DNA of 64,000 bases, from contig PNNO01000003.1 in NCBI GenBank assembly GCA_013824265.1, forward strand, positions 12,902 to 76,901, in the 5' to 3' direction. Below the pieces are notes generated by a model. That model was not told the DNA's origin. It did no database searches and saw only the letters and a list, made by a program, of their open reading frames with translations. This DNA comes from a bacterium. GTDB taxonomy: Bacteria > Patescibacteriota > Gracilibacteria > UBA1369 > PNNO01. The position numbers were made by a program, and so were the translations under genes. Numbering within the stretch: the stretch's first letter is position 1; each line of letters begins with the position of its first letter. Below are positions 1 through 9,680 of the stretch, in pieces.

Positions 1-1931
1 CCTCCGTAATTTCCATCTTCAATATATTTTTTTGCGTTGTCCCAAGCTCCTCCGCCTGTAGACATGCTAATTGCCATCAAGAATCCAACAATTATAACTC
101 CTACAAGAAGGCCTCCAAGTACGATAGGCCCAAGGAATACTCCAACTAAGATAGGTGTTGTTACAGCCAAAATTCCAGGGAAAATCATTTCTTTTAATGC
201 AGCTTTTGTAACGATATCAACACATTTTCCATATTCAGGTTTTGCCTTGCCTGTCATGATTCCTTTTATATCTTTGAATTGTCTTCTTACTTCAACAACG
301 ATTTTGTGAGCCGCTTTTCCTACTGATTCCATCAATGAAGATGCGAATATAAACGGCAATAGACCTCCAATAAATAAGCCTACGATTACACGATAGTCGG
401 AAAGAGAAAATATGAATTCTTTATCTGTAGCTTTTGTTAGTTCCTCGGTATAAGCCTGGAAAAGAACAAGTGCTGCAAGAGCCGCACTTCCGATAGCGTA
501 ACCTTTTGTAACCGCTTTTGTTGTGTTTCCAACTGCGTCCAAAGCATCAGTATTCTTTCTTACTTTCTCGGGAAGGTTTGCCATTTCAGCTATACCTCCG
601 GCGTTGTCCGTAATTGGTCCGTATGAATCGGTTGCAATAACAAGTCCGGTTGTTGAAAGCATTGCAACGGCAGCTATTGCTATTCCGTAGATTCCGCTTT
701 GTGCTACAGATGCTTCACCGAAGAAATAGGCAACAATGATTGCCGTAACAATCAATATTACAGGCAAGAAAGTGCTCTCAAGACCAACAGCAAGTCCGGA
801 AATAATGTTTGTTCCAGCTCCTGTTTCAGAAGATTTTGCAATCTTTCTTACAGGTTTATATGCCGTTGATGTGTAGTACTCTGTAATAACATTTATGAAT
901 AATGTTACCACAAGACCAACAACTGCGGCGTAGAAAATATTTATATCGCCGATCATTGAATCGGTGACAAAATAAAATCCAATTGCAGATAAAACTCCCG
1001 TGACTATCATTCCTCTATAGAGGGCCATCATTATATTTTTCTTGTTTTTTCCAAGTCTTACAAACCATGTTCCTGCAATAGAAGCCAAAACCGCTATTGA
1101 ACCAAGTGCAAGAGGATACTCTATTCCGCTTGTTCCAAGTGTGTCTGTAAGTGCTGAAGCCGCCAATATCATGGCAGCAATAAGAGTAACTGCGTATGTT
1201 TCAAAAAGGTCAGCTCCCATTCCGGCGCAATCTCCAACGTTGTCTCCAACGTTATCGGCGATTACCGCAGGATTTCTTGGGTCATCTTCAGGAATCCCTT
1301 TTTCAATTTTTCCAACAAGGTCCGCTCCAACGTCCGCCGCTTTGGTGAAAATACCTCCGCCAACACGTGCGAAAAGAGAGACAAGTGATGCTCCAAATCC
1401 GAATCCTATAAGTAAGTTTGGTGTTTCACCGGCTGGGACACCAAGAAGTTTTGTGAATATTGCGTAAAAACCGGCCACACCCAAGAGTGCAAGTCCCACA
1501 ACGGAAAGTCCAGTTACCGCTCCTCCTCTAAATGCTACCATCAATCCTTTCTTAAGACTGTGTGAAGATGCCTGAGCGGTGCGTACATTTGCTCTAACTG
1601 AAACGCTCATTCCAATGTAACCCGCAAGTGCGGAAAACAAAGCGCCAACAAAAAAGCCAACGGCTAAAAGTAATCCATTGTTGTGCGCACCTTTTGGAAT
1701 TACGTAAGCAAGTAGTAAGAAAATTAATACCGCGAAGACAAGAATTGTAAAAGATTGTCTGTTTAAATAAGCAGACGCACCTTCTTGAATTGATTTTGCG
1801 ATGTCACGCATTTTTTGTGATCCAGTGTCTTGCATTAGGACGTTTATAATCAGTCCGACTGCGTAAACAAGGGCGATGACGGCTACGATAATTGAAACCG
1901 TAGACACATCAAGAAAGCCAGGTAGGTTCAT
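1..1931 (-). CDS. hppA: Membrane-bound H+-translocating pyrophosphatase, K+-independent type. Partial: the C-terminal ~60-70 aa lie off the left edge.
   Basis: Not in the ORF track because it runs off the window. My reverse-strand translation from ATG at 1931 gives [60 protein letters not shown]. In frame further on: [24 protein letters not shown], and [19 protein letters not shown] at the edge. These are hallmark V-PPase motifs. Lys in GNTTKA (codon 516-518) is the K+-independent signature. Confidence 0.9.
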   Translation of the reverse strand, partial: MNLPGFLDVSTVSIIVAVIALVYAVGLIINVLMQDTGSQKMRDIAKSIQEGASAYLNRQSFTILVFAVLIFLLLAYVIPKGAHNNGLLLAVGFFVGALFSALAGYIGMSVSVRANVRTAQASSHSLKKGLMVAFRGGAVTGLSVVGLALLGVAGFYAIFTKLLGVPAGETPNLLIGFGFGASLVSLFARVGGGIFTKAADVGADLVGKIEKGIPEDDPRNPAVIADNVGDNVGDCAGMGADLFETYAVTLIAAMILAASALTDTLGTSGIEYPLALGSIAVLASIAGTWFVRLGKNKKNIMMALYRGMIVTGVLSAIGFYFVTDSMIGDINIFYAAVVGLVVTLFINVITEYYTSTAYKPVRKIAKSSETGAGTNIISGLAVGLESTFLPVILIVTAIIVAYFFGEASVAQSGIYGIAIAAVAMLSTTGLVIATDSYGPITDNAGGIAEMANLPEKVRKNTDALDAVGNTTKAVTKGYAIGSAALAALVLFQAYTEELTKATDKEFIFSLSDYRVIVGLFIGGLLPFIFASSLMESVGKAAHKIVVEVRRQFKDIKGIMTGKAKPEYGKCVDIVTKAALKEMIFPGILAVTTPILVGVFLGPIVLGGLLVGVIIVGFLMAISMSTGGGAWDNAKKYIEDGNYG

Positions 1932-2115
1932 GATGCAGATTGTTATCTAATATATATGTTTAAAACCGTAGAGATTTTACCTATAGGAAAGCCAAAAGTG
2001 AAGCTTACTATTTATTTTGGGTTTGCCTAGATACGAGATTTGTTGAAGAATTTTATTCACTTATATATATGAATGCATTACAATACCTTCGATGTAATTT
2101 TTAAATCTCTATACA

Positions 2116-2820
2116 ATGAACGAAAACAACAAGCATGAAGGTGACATGCAAAAAGAATTCAAAAAGCATCTCGATGGAGCTGCAAGCACTTTTAATGACA
2201 TTAAGAATCCCGGAAAGTTTGATTTCAAGGCTGAATTTATGAATGCGATAGAAATTTTGAAGCTGAACGAAAAGAAAATGACCGAAGTAGCTACAAGAAA
2301 AACAACAGCAACTGCCGCACTTTTGTTTATATTGATTGGAATGGTGGCGGTTAGCCTAGGTATGTATTTAATGATTCCTTCCGTATGGAGACCATCATTG
2401 ATGTATCTTGTGTTTAGTATGGTTTATTCCCTTGTTGCAATGTTGCTTGTTATTTTTGCAACTGACTTTGTAGGGTCTCAACTGTTTAAAGGCAAAGGTG
2501 ACTTTGGACAGCTATTCAGAGTTTTCGGATACAGCTATATATTAATGATTCCTTATATATTGCTTGCTGTTGCTCCCGGATTAGCTTCAATTATAAGTCT
2601 TGCGGCTGGTGTTTGGATGCTAGTTGTGAGCTATAAAATTATAATGGTAATAAAAAAGCTTAATCCAACACATACAATTTTCACAATTTTGATTGTTGCT
2701 GTAGGACTTGGTGTCATTTCAGCTATTCTTGCGCAATTTGGAGTTGGTTTTGGATTTGGTGGCTATGGGGCAGAGATTAATAATTTAAATGATGCTCTTG
2801 ATGCACTTTCAAGAATCTAA
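2116..2820 (+). CDS. Multi-pass membrane protein with a ~60 aa soluble N-terminus and about 5 TM segments; possibly Yip1-domain-like.
   Basis: 234 aa ORF with clear hydrophobic segments (AALLFILIGMVAVSLGMYLMI, LVFSMVYSLVAMLLVIFA, YILMIPYILLAVAPGL, LAAGVWMLVVSY, IFTILIVAVGLGVISAIL). The family call rests on architecture only. Confidence 0.45.
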   Translation: MNENNKHEGDMQKEFKKHLDGAASTFNDIKNPGKFDFKAEFMNAIEILKLNEKKMTEVATRKTTATAALLFILIGMVAVSLGMYLMIPSVWRPSLMYLVFSMVYSLVAMLLVIFATDFVGSQLFKGKGDFGQLFRVFGYSYILMIPYILLAVAPGLASIISLAAGVWMLVVSYKIIMVIKKLNPTHTIFTILIVAVGLGVISAILAQFGVGFGFGGYGAEINNLNDALDALSRI

Positions 2821-2883
2821 TTAGAAAATCATTCAGAATCCGTCGATTTGAGGCCAATAATTGTTCCAAAAAGACGGATTTTG

Positions 2884-2892
2884 TGTTATAAT
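2884..2892 (+). promoter_or_regulatory. Extended -10 promoter element TGtTATAAT upstream of the 2919 gene.
   Basis: Exact TGnTATAAT match 27 nt upstream of the ATG at 2919. No good -35, which extended -10 promoters do not need. AT-rich background raises the chance-match rate. Confidence 0.3.
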
Positions 2893-2918
2893 AGAAAGAA
2901 AAATAAAGTTGTTTTACT

Positions 2919-4661
2919 ATGGCTGAAGGCGATAACAAAGAAACGGCTCAACAATCTAATCCTGCGAATCAGGGAATAACCTCTCAAACAGGGGGAAATC
3001 CTGCCGGTTTAAAGAAAAAAAGAAGAAGACGCAGGCCAAAGAATAGAAAACCGAACCCTGTTCAGCAGGCGGTTGCAGTGGAGTCGACCCCTACCGCCCA
3101 GGCTGTAGCTACTGCCCAGGTTGTAGAGCAAAAAGATGAATTTTCTTTGGAGCCTCTTGCTAAAGATGAGGCAGTATCTGGTATTTCCGCTATTTCCGAG
3201 CCGGATATTACATTGGAACCGGCAGTAACTGATCCTGTTTTGGTAGAGCCCGAATTAGAGGTTATGCCGGAACCGGAGGTAAAGTTAGAGCCGGAAGTAG
3301 TTTCAGAGACCGAGGTAGTGCCGGAGATTGAAGTAGTTCCGGAACTCGAGGTAGTTACAGAGCCGGATTTGGTTCCTGAACCGGAACAGAAAGATGAATT
3401 CGGATTGGAGTCCGAGCCAGTTTTGGAGACAGAGCCGGAAATTATCCCGGTACAGGAGCCTGAACCTGAAGTAATTCCTGAGCCAGAACCACTTCCAGAA
3501 CCACTTCCAGAACCAGAACCGGTCCAAGAACCGGAATCGGAGGTTGTCCCGGTCGATGCAGGAGCAGCCGCAGGTGCAGCAACAGGAGCAACTGTTGGTT
3601 GGGCGCAACTAAAGGATGCAATCAAAAAAGATCATGTCGAAACTGAAAAGAAAATGAAAGAATCGGCTTTTGGTGACGGGAAAAGTGCACGTAATCAGCC
3701 AGATTTACAGGAAGGAGAAGTTATTATTTCTTCATCATCACAAGCTCAACTTGATGATGACGAGCTTGAAAAGAAAGAAGTTATACAAATTATTACACGT
3801 TACGTTCTTGGGGGATGTGCCGTAATTGCAATTATTTCAGGAATTTTCTTCTTTAAATTGCCACAGATGGCTTTTGAAGGTATAACCGGAATTTTTAAAG
3901 GATCAGATACTCAGGAAGAAGTTAAAAATAATGGAGTGGGAGTAGACACAAGTTCACAGACGGACTTGAACGAAGGGCTCAAGTCTACTTTTATTGCCGG
4001 TGATAATAAAGGAACCTCACGTGATAAATTTGAGGAAGGAGTTGAAACCGCTTTGGTAACCGGAGAAGGAAGTCAGGTTTACGAGGGGGCTCCCGACGCT
4101 ATAAAGACACTTTATTTAACTGGGCTTGAGACCGTTAAGCCTGAATATTTAGACAGAATAGGGTCCTATATGGGTGTTTTGCTAAAACTTCAAAACGCTT
4201 TTGCTACAGATATTCATCAACTGCTTGATGGGTCAACCAGCAGGGAAGAGGCTTTAAATCTACATTTAATTGAACTCCGCGAAGCTTATCAGGAATCTCT
4301 TGATACACAGCGGGTTGTTAATGAAGAAAAGGATAGATTGAAGATTCAATTTAATGAAGCCACCACACAAAAGGATAAACTTGAGAAAGATTTCTTTGCC
4401 GCTCTCGACAAATTGGAGAGCAGTAAATCAAACGATATGCTTAATGCATTTATAGAAGTTTCAAAAAAACAAATCGAGCTAAAAGCTGAGTATAACTCGC
4501 TAAATAAGGTTTCCAAACTTTTTGAGACCGCTCTTTTAAACATGGACGCAAGAATAAAAGATATAGAATTAAATCGGGATGCTTTGATTCAGGGAGTTAA
4601 AGTTGTCGATATAAAAGGGTCGGATCTTAAGTTGATAATTCAGGAGTCCGATTTACTTTAG
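2919..4661 (+). CDS. Bitopic protein of unknown function: polybasic patch, long acidic Pro/Glu repeat tract, one TM, C-terminal coiled-coil region.
   Basis: 580 aa [16 protein letters not shown] near the N-terminus. PE(V/L/I) repeats over about aa 94-213. [22 protein letters not shown]-terminal heptad-like K/E/L-rich sequence ([32 protein letters not shown]...). Confidence 0.7.
   Translation: MAEGDNKETAQQSNPANQGITSQTGGNPAGLKKKRRRRRPKNRKPNPVQQAVAVESTPTAQAVATAQVVEQKDEFSLEPLAKDEAVSGISAISEPDITLEPAVTDPVLVEPELEVMPEPEVKLEPEVVSETEVVPEIEVVPELEVVTEPDLVPEPEQKDEFGLESEPVLETEPEIIPVQEPEPEVIPEPEPLPEPLPEPEPVQEPESEVVPVDAGAAAGAATGATVGWAQLKDAIKKDHVETEKKMKESAFGDGKSARNQPDLQEGEVIISSSSQAQLDDDELEKKEVIQIITRYVLGGCAVIAIISGIFFFKLPQMAFEGITGIFKGSDTQEEVKNNGVGVDTSSQTDLNEGLKSTFIAGDNKGTSRDKFEEGVETALVTGEGSQVYEGAPDAIKTLYLTGLETVKPEYLDRIGSYMGVLLKLQNAFATDIHQLLDGSTSREEALNLHLIELREAYQESLDTQRVVNEEKDRLKIQFNEATTQKDKLEKDFFAALDKLESSKSNDMLNAFIEVSKKQIELKAEYNSLNKVSKLFETALLNMDARIKDIELNRDALIQGVKVVDIKGSDLKLIIQESDLL
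3198..3557 (+). repeat. In-frame degenerate tandem repeat (about 15-nt / 5-aa period) encoding the PEPEV-type tract.
   Basis: [48 protein letters not shown] ... [32 protein letters not shown]. Exact duplication gaaccacttcca x2. Two macro-units each begin (E)QKDEF(S/G)LE. The tract is locally GC-rich and creates long antisense shadow ORFs. Confidence 0.7.
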
Positions 4662-4733
4662 GTAAAAGAAGTCAGGATGTACTTATTGCTAATATTTATA
4701 TAAAATTGTATTAGCTTTTTTCTCTAAATCCAA

Positions 4734-6968
4734 ATGAAACGTGAATTATCTTCGCTCATAAACAGAGTGAGTGAATACAGCGACCATATTTCTGAAAAAC
4801 GCCTTGAAAAAGCGCTTAATTTTGCTGCAGAGGTATATGGTGACAGTAAAAGGATGTCTGGAGAGACTGTTCTTCAGCATGTGCTTGAAACAGCTAAAAT
4901 ACTTACAACTCTAAAAGTTGACGAAGAAACTTTGATTGCCGCCTTGCTTCATGAAGTGCCTGAATATTCAGAGAAGCATTACAATAATATTGAGGCAGAG
5001 TTTGGAAAAAATGTTGCAATTCTTGTTTCCGCATATGAAAGAATGGGTGTAATAAATGCAAGTCATGGCGAGAGTGAAATAGAAACGCTGCGAAAAATGG
5101 CTCTTGTGATGGCAAAAGATCTGCGAGTTGTTTTGCTTAAATTGTCTGACCGATTACACAATTTGCAGACACTTGAAAAGCTTGATAAGGACTTTAGAAA
5201 ACAGATGGCTCGGGAAACTTTGGATATTTACGTGCCGTTATCTTCAAGACTTGGAGTTTACAGACTTAGGTCTGTTCTTGAGGATCTTTGTTTTAAATAT
5301 TTAAATGAAAATGAGTATAAAGATATACAGGCTCAATTGAAAATTCTTGGTAAGAAAAAGAAAAATGCAATTGAGGATATAACCCGTGCCGTTGAGGACT
5401 TTTTGAAAGAAAAGGGAGTTGAGGCTTCTGTTGCCGGCAGATATAAAAACACCTACAGCATATATAAAAAGCTCAAGAAAAAGGGAAAAACATCAATTGA
5501 TGATATAAATGATATTTTTGCAATAAGGATAATTATTCCTACTGTATATGAAGATGATGGCGGTGAAAATGTTGGGAATTTATACGAGATTATCGGGCAT
5601 TTTCATAATAAATGGAAACCGCTACCCGGAAGATTTAAAGATTATGTTGGATTTCCAAAACCGAACGGATATAAAAGTTTGCATACAACTGTAATAGGAC
5701 TTGCGCCTCATTCACATAACGAGCCTGTTGAAATACAAATACGTACTGAGAAAATGCATGAAGAAGCCGAATATGGAATTGCCGCTCATTGGCTTTACAA
5801 AGAGTCTAAAGGGAAGTCAACTCAGGTTAAGGATGAGCAGGATCTTGCGGGTAAACAACGTGCGCAAATGGATTGGATACAAAGCCTTGCAAGGCTAAGT
5901 ATGCATTTGGACGGAGAAGGGGATGAAGATGAGAATTTTATGAAAGAGCTAAAAGTTGATTTGTTTCAGGACAGAATATTTGTTTTTACTCCAAGTGGTG
6001 AAGTTAAAGATTTACCACAGGGTTCAACCCCAATAGATTTTGCATACGCAGTACATACCGACGTTGGAAATAAATGTATTATGGGCAAAGTTAACGGCAA
6101 TGTTGTTCCTTTAAATTATGAACTTCAAAATGGCGAGGTGGTTGAAGTTGTTACGCGTTCAAATGCCTCTCCAAAGCTTGAGTGGCTTTCTTTTGCCAAA
6201 ACAAATGGCGCGAGAAATAAAATTAAAGGATTTTTTAGAAGTTTTGACCAAGATTATAATTTTAAAGAGGGCAAAGATATCCTAAATAAAAAGCTTGAGC
6301 AGATTGGTAAACCAAAGTTGGATTTAAAACTGACTGTTTTGAAAAATATCGGAGAAGAAATGAGTTCGTTGAAGAAACGTGAAGAGATCATAAAGCAAAT
6401 TGGCAGTGGGTCGGTTCTTGCTTCTTCCGTAATTAAAAGAATTTATACTCCCGAGGAAATTTTGGGATCAGCTCCGGGAAAGGGTACTCAAAAAACCGAT
6501 ATTAAAATTTCTGATGAAAGTGACATAGGAAAGCATATCTTTGTTGGTGGAGAAAAAGGTATGCCGGTAAAAATAGCAAAGTGTTGCAAGCCTACATTTG
6601 GCCAGCCAATAGCAGCTTTTATTACAAGAGGAAGTACCATAAGTATTCATAAGAAAGATTGTCCAATTTACAATTCAAGCAGTTTTGAAAGACATACAAC
6701 CGCTACTTGGGCGGGTCAAAAAGATGAGGATATTCGAATTATTAAATTAATTGTTGAAACACTTCCGGATATTCAGATAATGAAAGAAGTTACCAAACAG
6801 ATTAATAAAAGTCTCGCTTCAATTTTAAATTTTCATATTAAAAAGAGGGATGGGGAAAAGATTGTTTGGGAGATTCAGGTTGAAGTGACAAACTTTATGC
6901 AATTTTCGGATATATTGAATAACGTTTCTTCTTCTCAGGGAATTTATTCGGTAAGGAAAGCTTTATAA
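4734..6968 (+). CDS. rel: Long RelA/SpoT-homolog (p)ppGpp synthetase with HD-like, synthetase, TGS and ACT-like domains.
   Basis: Synthetase motifs RYKNTYSIYKKL, DIFAIRIII, FKDYVGFPKPNGYKSLHTTV, EIQIRTEKMHEEAEYGIAAHWLYKE. TGS region IFVFTPSGEVKDLPQGSTPIDFAYAVHTDVG. N-terminal HD-like region with SDRLHNLQTL. Confidence 0.9.
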   Translation: MKRELSSLINRVSEYSDHISEKRLEKALNFAAEVYGDSKRMSGETVLQHVLETAKILTTLKVDEETLIAALLHEVPEYSEKHYNNIEAEFGKNVAILVSAYERMGVINASHGESEIETLRKMALVMAKDLRVVLLKLSDRLHNLQTLEKLDKDFRKQMARETLDIYVPLSSRLGVYRLRSVLEDLCFKYLNENEYKDIQAQLKILGKKKKNAIEDITRAVEDFLKEKGVEASVAGRYKNTYSIYKKLKKKGKTSIDDINDIFAIRIIIPTVYEDDGGENVGNLYEIIGHFHNKWKPLPGRFKDYVGFPKPNGYKSLHTTVIGLAPHSHNEPVEIQIRTEKMHEEAEYGIAAHWLYKESKGKSTQVKDEQDLAGKQRAQMDWIQSLARLSMHLDGEGDEDENFMKELKVDLFQDRIFVFTPSGEVKDLPQGSTPIDFAYAVHTDVGNKCIMGKVNGNVVPLNYELQNGEVVEVVTRSNASPKLEWLSFAKTNGARNKIKGFFRSFDQDYNFKEGKDILNKKLEQIGKPKLDLKLTVLKNIGEEMSSLKKREEIIKQIGSGSVLASSVIKRIYTPEEILGSAPGKGTQKTDIKISDESDIGKHIFVGGEKGMPVKIAKCCKPTFGQPIAAFITRGSTISIHKKDCPIYNSSSFERHTTATWAGQKDEDIRIIKLIVETLPDIQIMKEVTKQINKSLASILNFHIKKRDGEKIVWEIQVEVTNFMQFSDILNNVSSSQGIYSVRKAL

Positions 6969-6974
6969 GCTTGA

Positions 6975-7592
6975 TTAATAAGAAAAGGCCAAGAATTGCT
7001 GGGTGGTCTTTTTAAGATTGTTTGTATCTTCCTGTTCCAGCGATAAGTTTATTATTTCGTTATATGGCTTTTCCAATAAAAACTTTAGAATCTTCTTAAT
7101 TCTAAGTGAAAGATCGTTAAATTCTGTTTGATTCAGAGAATATAAATCCGGCATGATTCCAAGTATCTCGCACAACTTTATTTTAAAGGCTTCGAATATT
7201 ATCTCCTCTTTTTCAAAAGTATTTAAAGCCTCCAATGTCTCGATTAAAAGTTTGTAAGAGGTCTGATGGTCTTCGTTTTCCGTTATGCATCTGTTTGTCA
7301 TCTTGGCGCTTTCCGCAGCCAAATAAAACTTGTTTAAATGTTCCCTGAAGTTTGCAAAACTTATAATCACAGTACACTCGGTTATTATTGTTGAGTGTGG
7401 TCCGTTATATAGTTCAAAATTACAAATATTTAAAATATCTATGTGTCCCGTGAATTTGCTTTCCATTCTTCTGCCTCCTTTTGCATATGCTTTTATTTTG
7501 CCAAAAAGGGGACTAAAAATGGTTACCAAATAATCTTTTTCTCCGCGCGGATACACCTGTAAAATTATACCTTGGGTTTTTTGAACGCGCAT
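6975..7592 (-). CDS. recO: DNA repair protein RecO (short form).
   Basis: N-terminal OB-fold pattern TQGIILQVYPRGEKDYLVTIFSPLFGKIKAYAKGGRR is typical of RecO. 205 aa. Confidence 0.7.
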   Translation of the reverse strand: MRVQKTQGIILQVYPRGEKDYLVTIFSPLFGKIKAYAKGGRRMESKFTGHIDILNICNFELYNGPHSTIITECTVIISFANFREHLNKFYLAAESAKMTNRCITENEDHQTSYKLLIETLEALNTFEKEEIIFEAFKIKLCEILGIMPDLYSLNQTEFNDLSLRIKKILKFLLEKPYNEIINLSLEQEDTNNLKKTTQQFLAFSY

Positions 7593-7596
7593 ATTT

Positions 7597-8565
7597 TTAC
7601 TCCAGGATTAATTTGCTTTTAAGGTAAAAATATACCGCCAGGAAGCTGCATAAAACTCCGAAAACCATTGAAGCTGCAAGTTCAATAAAGAATATTTTAA
7701 GTACAGGTATTGAGCTTAAATAAGATGCTATGCTTATCTCCGAAATGTTTATTCTGCTACCCATTATCAAAATAATTAATCCGGCGATTAACATTGCGAA
7801 TAAGCCGTAAAAAAGGCCTTCAAGAATAAACGGGAATCGTATGAAATTGTGCGTCGCGCCAACAAGTCTCATTATATAAATTTCTCTTTGTCTGTTGTAA
7901 ATTGTTAAAAGTATTGCATTTGAAATTATAAGAATTGATCCGCCTATAAAAATAACAAAAATCCAAAACATAACTTGATTTGTAATCCCGGACAGTTGTA
8001 TTAAATTTTCAGTTGCAGCTTGCGTAGCAGTATTTTGAGCCTGAGTATCGGTGATAGTGCTTGCAAGAAGATGCCTGTATTTTTCCTGATTCAAGAATTG
8101 TTGAACCATTATGTATAACTCCGGTCTTTCGGTTGTAATGTTTAAACTTGCCGGGAGAGGATTGTCGATACCATATTTGCTAAGGAACTCAGCTGTTTTA
8201 GGCCTTGTTTGTGATACTATCTTAAGCGCGTCGGTTTTTGATGTGTATGTTGCCTCTACCACTCCTTCCAGTCCTTTTAACTCCTTGATCATTTCCTGCG
8301 CCTGATAATATTCAGTGTTGTCCTTTAAATAAACAACTATATCCACTTTTCTTGTAAGGTCGTTTAAAGCTTTTTGAGTAACATAATTAACACTTAAAAT
8401 TATGTTAAAAATAAATATCAATATGCCCATAACCAATACGGTGGCAATGGTTAAATATTTATTTCTCCACATATTTGAAAAACTCATATTAAAAGCTTTC
8501 CCGATACTATGCCAAAAATGATGGCCATTATCTTTTTTATGATGATTATTCTGCATCTTCTTCAT
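7597..8565 (-). CDS. ftsX: Cell-division ABC-type permease-like protein FtsX.
   Basis: Four-TM architecture with a large extracytoplasmic loop. Signature MRLVGATHNFIRFPFILEGLFYG. Confidence 0.85.
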   Translation of the reverse strand: MKKMQNNHHKKDNGHHFWHSIGKAFNMSFSNMWRNKYLTIATVLVMGILIFIFNIILSVNYVTQKALNDLTRKVDIVVYLKDNTEYYQAQEMIKELKGLEGVVEATYTSKTDALKIVSQTRPKTAEFLSKYGIDNPLPASLNITTERPELYIMVQQFLNQEKYRHLLASTITDTQAQNTATQAATENLIQLSGITNQVMFWIFVIFIGGSILIISNAILLTIYNRQREIYIMRLVGATHNFIRFPFILEGLFYGLFAMLIAGLIILIMGSRINISEISIASYLSSIPVLKIFFIELAASMVFGVLCSFLAVYFYLKSKLILE

Positions 8566-8989
8566 TGCGTATTTTTATTAACGAAGATTTATAAATATCC
8601 GGTTCATATCCATCGAGTCTTACTATTTCCGTATTCATGTTCTCGTCAATTATCATCTTATTCAATTTGTAAGTAAACACAAATTGATCGTATCCAAGAG
8701 CTATTATGTGAGGTTTATGTTTTTTTATAACTTTGTATTTGTCGTCACTGTTGCCCATGACAACTTTGTCCGCTATACCGCTTTCTTTAACGCGATTAAG
8801 CCTTTCTTTCTCATCATGCTGCGGATATTCGCCTTTAACGTTCTTTACGGTATCGTCTTTTGCCACTACTGCTATAAGATAATTGCCAAGTTTCTTGGCC
8901 TGTCTTAAGAAAAATTCGTGTCCTGCGTGAAAGACATCAAATGTTCCAAAAACCATAACAATTTTTAAATTCTCTTTCTCCGTGTTCAT
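8546..8989 (-). CDS. Cytidylyltransferase-superfamily nucleotidyltransferase, archaeal RibL-like (candidate FMN adenylyltransferase).
   Basis: 147 aa. GTFDVFHAGH nucleotidyltransferase motif; IAVVAKDDTVKNVKG; PHIIALGYDQ. Size and motif order resemble my recollection of archaeal RibL. The substrate is inferred. Confidence 0.55.
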   Translation of the reverse strand: MNTEKENLKIVMVFGTFDVFHAGHEFFLRQAKKLGNYLIAVVAKDDTVKNVKGEYPQHDEKERLNRVKESGIADKVVMGNSDDKYKVIKKHKPHIIALGYDQFVFTYKLNKMIIDENMNTEIVRLDGYEPDIYKSSLIKIRNEEDAE

Positions 8990-9372
8990 CAGATTCTGTC
9001 AGGAATGAATAAATTTAGGTAAATAAGCGCCAAAAATAAAATTATAACCAATAAGATGATTAGTATATTCCCGATTTTGTGGTCCTTTTCGGAAGTGGTG
9101 AAACTTATTTTCATACTCATGAATCCGTAAATAGCAGCGCTTAAAATAAAAGGTATCTCAAGAATATTCTTTATAGCATAGGAAATCTCCATGAAATAGC
9201 CGTTTGTTATCATTAAATGAGCGACTATATGCGTAAGTCCTATAATGAAGAAAAAGATTAACGCGACTTTTTGTACATTCCTGTCAGTATTCATGTCGCT
9301 ATTATACCAAGAGGTTGAGTTATAATAAATATTAACTTTTCCCGCTCTTTCGGTTAAACTGCGTTTGTGCAT
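8989..9372 (-). CDS. Small membrane protein of unknown function with 3-4 TM segments.
   Basis: The ORF has hydrophobic segments. A likelier start is ATG at 9294 (MNTDRNVQKVALIFFFIIGL...). Its stop overlaps the downstream start by 1 nt (TGATG). Confidence 0.5.
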   Translation of the reverse strand: MHKRSLTERAGKVNIYYNSTSWYNSDMNTDRNVQKVALIFFFIIGLTHIVAHLMITNGYFMEISYAIKNILEIPFILSAAIYGFMSMKISFTTSEKDHKIGNILIILLVIILFLALIYLNLFIPDRI

Positions 9373-9386
9373 TTAATTTAAAATCG

Positions 9387-9680
9387 ATGCTTTCCGAAGA
9401 CGACGTAAAACATATAGCCAAACTTGCCAGATTAAAACTTTCCGATGAGGAGATAAAGAAGTTTTCCGGCCAGCTTTCCGGCATATTTAAGTATGTTGAG
9501 CAGCTTGATGAGGTTAATACAGATGGGCTTGAGGAGACATCACAGGTCACCGGGCTTAAAAATGTAACTCAGGCAGATGAAATTTCCACAAAATGTGACG
9601 GGAATGCTCTTTTGCTTTGTTCGCCCTTACCAAAAGAAAGAAAACAAATACTTGTGAAGTCCGTAATTAAAACCGAATAA
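9387..9680 (+). CDS. gatC: Asp/Glu-tRNA amidotransferase subunit C.
   Basis: MLSEDDVKHIAKLARLKLSDEEIKKFSGQLSGIFKYVEQLDEVNTDG is a canonical GatC pattern. TAATG overlap with gatA. Confidence 0.9.
   Translation: MLSEDDVKHIAKLARLKLSDEEIKKFSGQLSGIFKYVEQLDEVNTDGLEETSQVTGLKNVTQADEISTKCDGNALLLCSPLPKERKQILVKSVIKTE

Noticed and set aside
37-1467. Plus-strand ORFs 37-309 and 1042-1467 from the track.
   Set aside because: They are shadow frames antisense to the well-supported hppA gene. Their translations are low-complexity (P/T/S/A-rich) with no motifs.
2836-2880. Stem gaatccgtc / gacggatt after the Yip1-like gene as a terminator.
   Set aside because: The 8-bp stem encloses a 28-nt loop and the downstream T-run is interrupted. 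This is too weak to call, so I report only the overlapping extended -10 element.
3198-3557. Short regularly spaced DNA repeats that could at first glance suggest a CRISPR-like or minisatellite array.
   Set aside because: The units are degenerate, contiguous with no unique spacers, about 15 nt long, and lie in frame inside a long ORF. This is a coding tandem repeat.
3062-3625. Minus-strand ORFs of 187 aa and 101 aa (SGSGSG-rich and RFRF/WFWK-rich).
   Set aside because: They are antisense artefacts of the GC-rich in-frame PE repeat. The repetitive, low-complexity translations mirror the sense-strand repeat.
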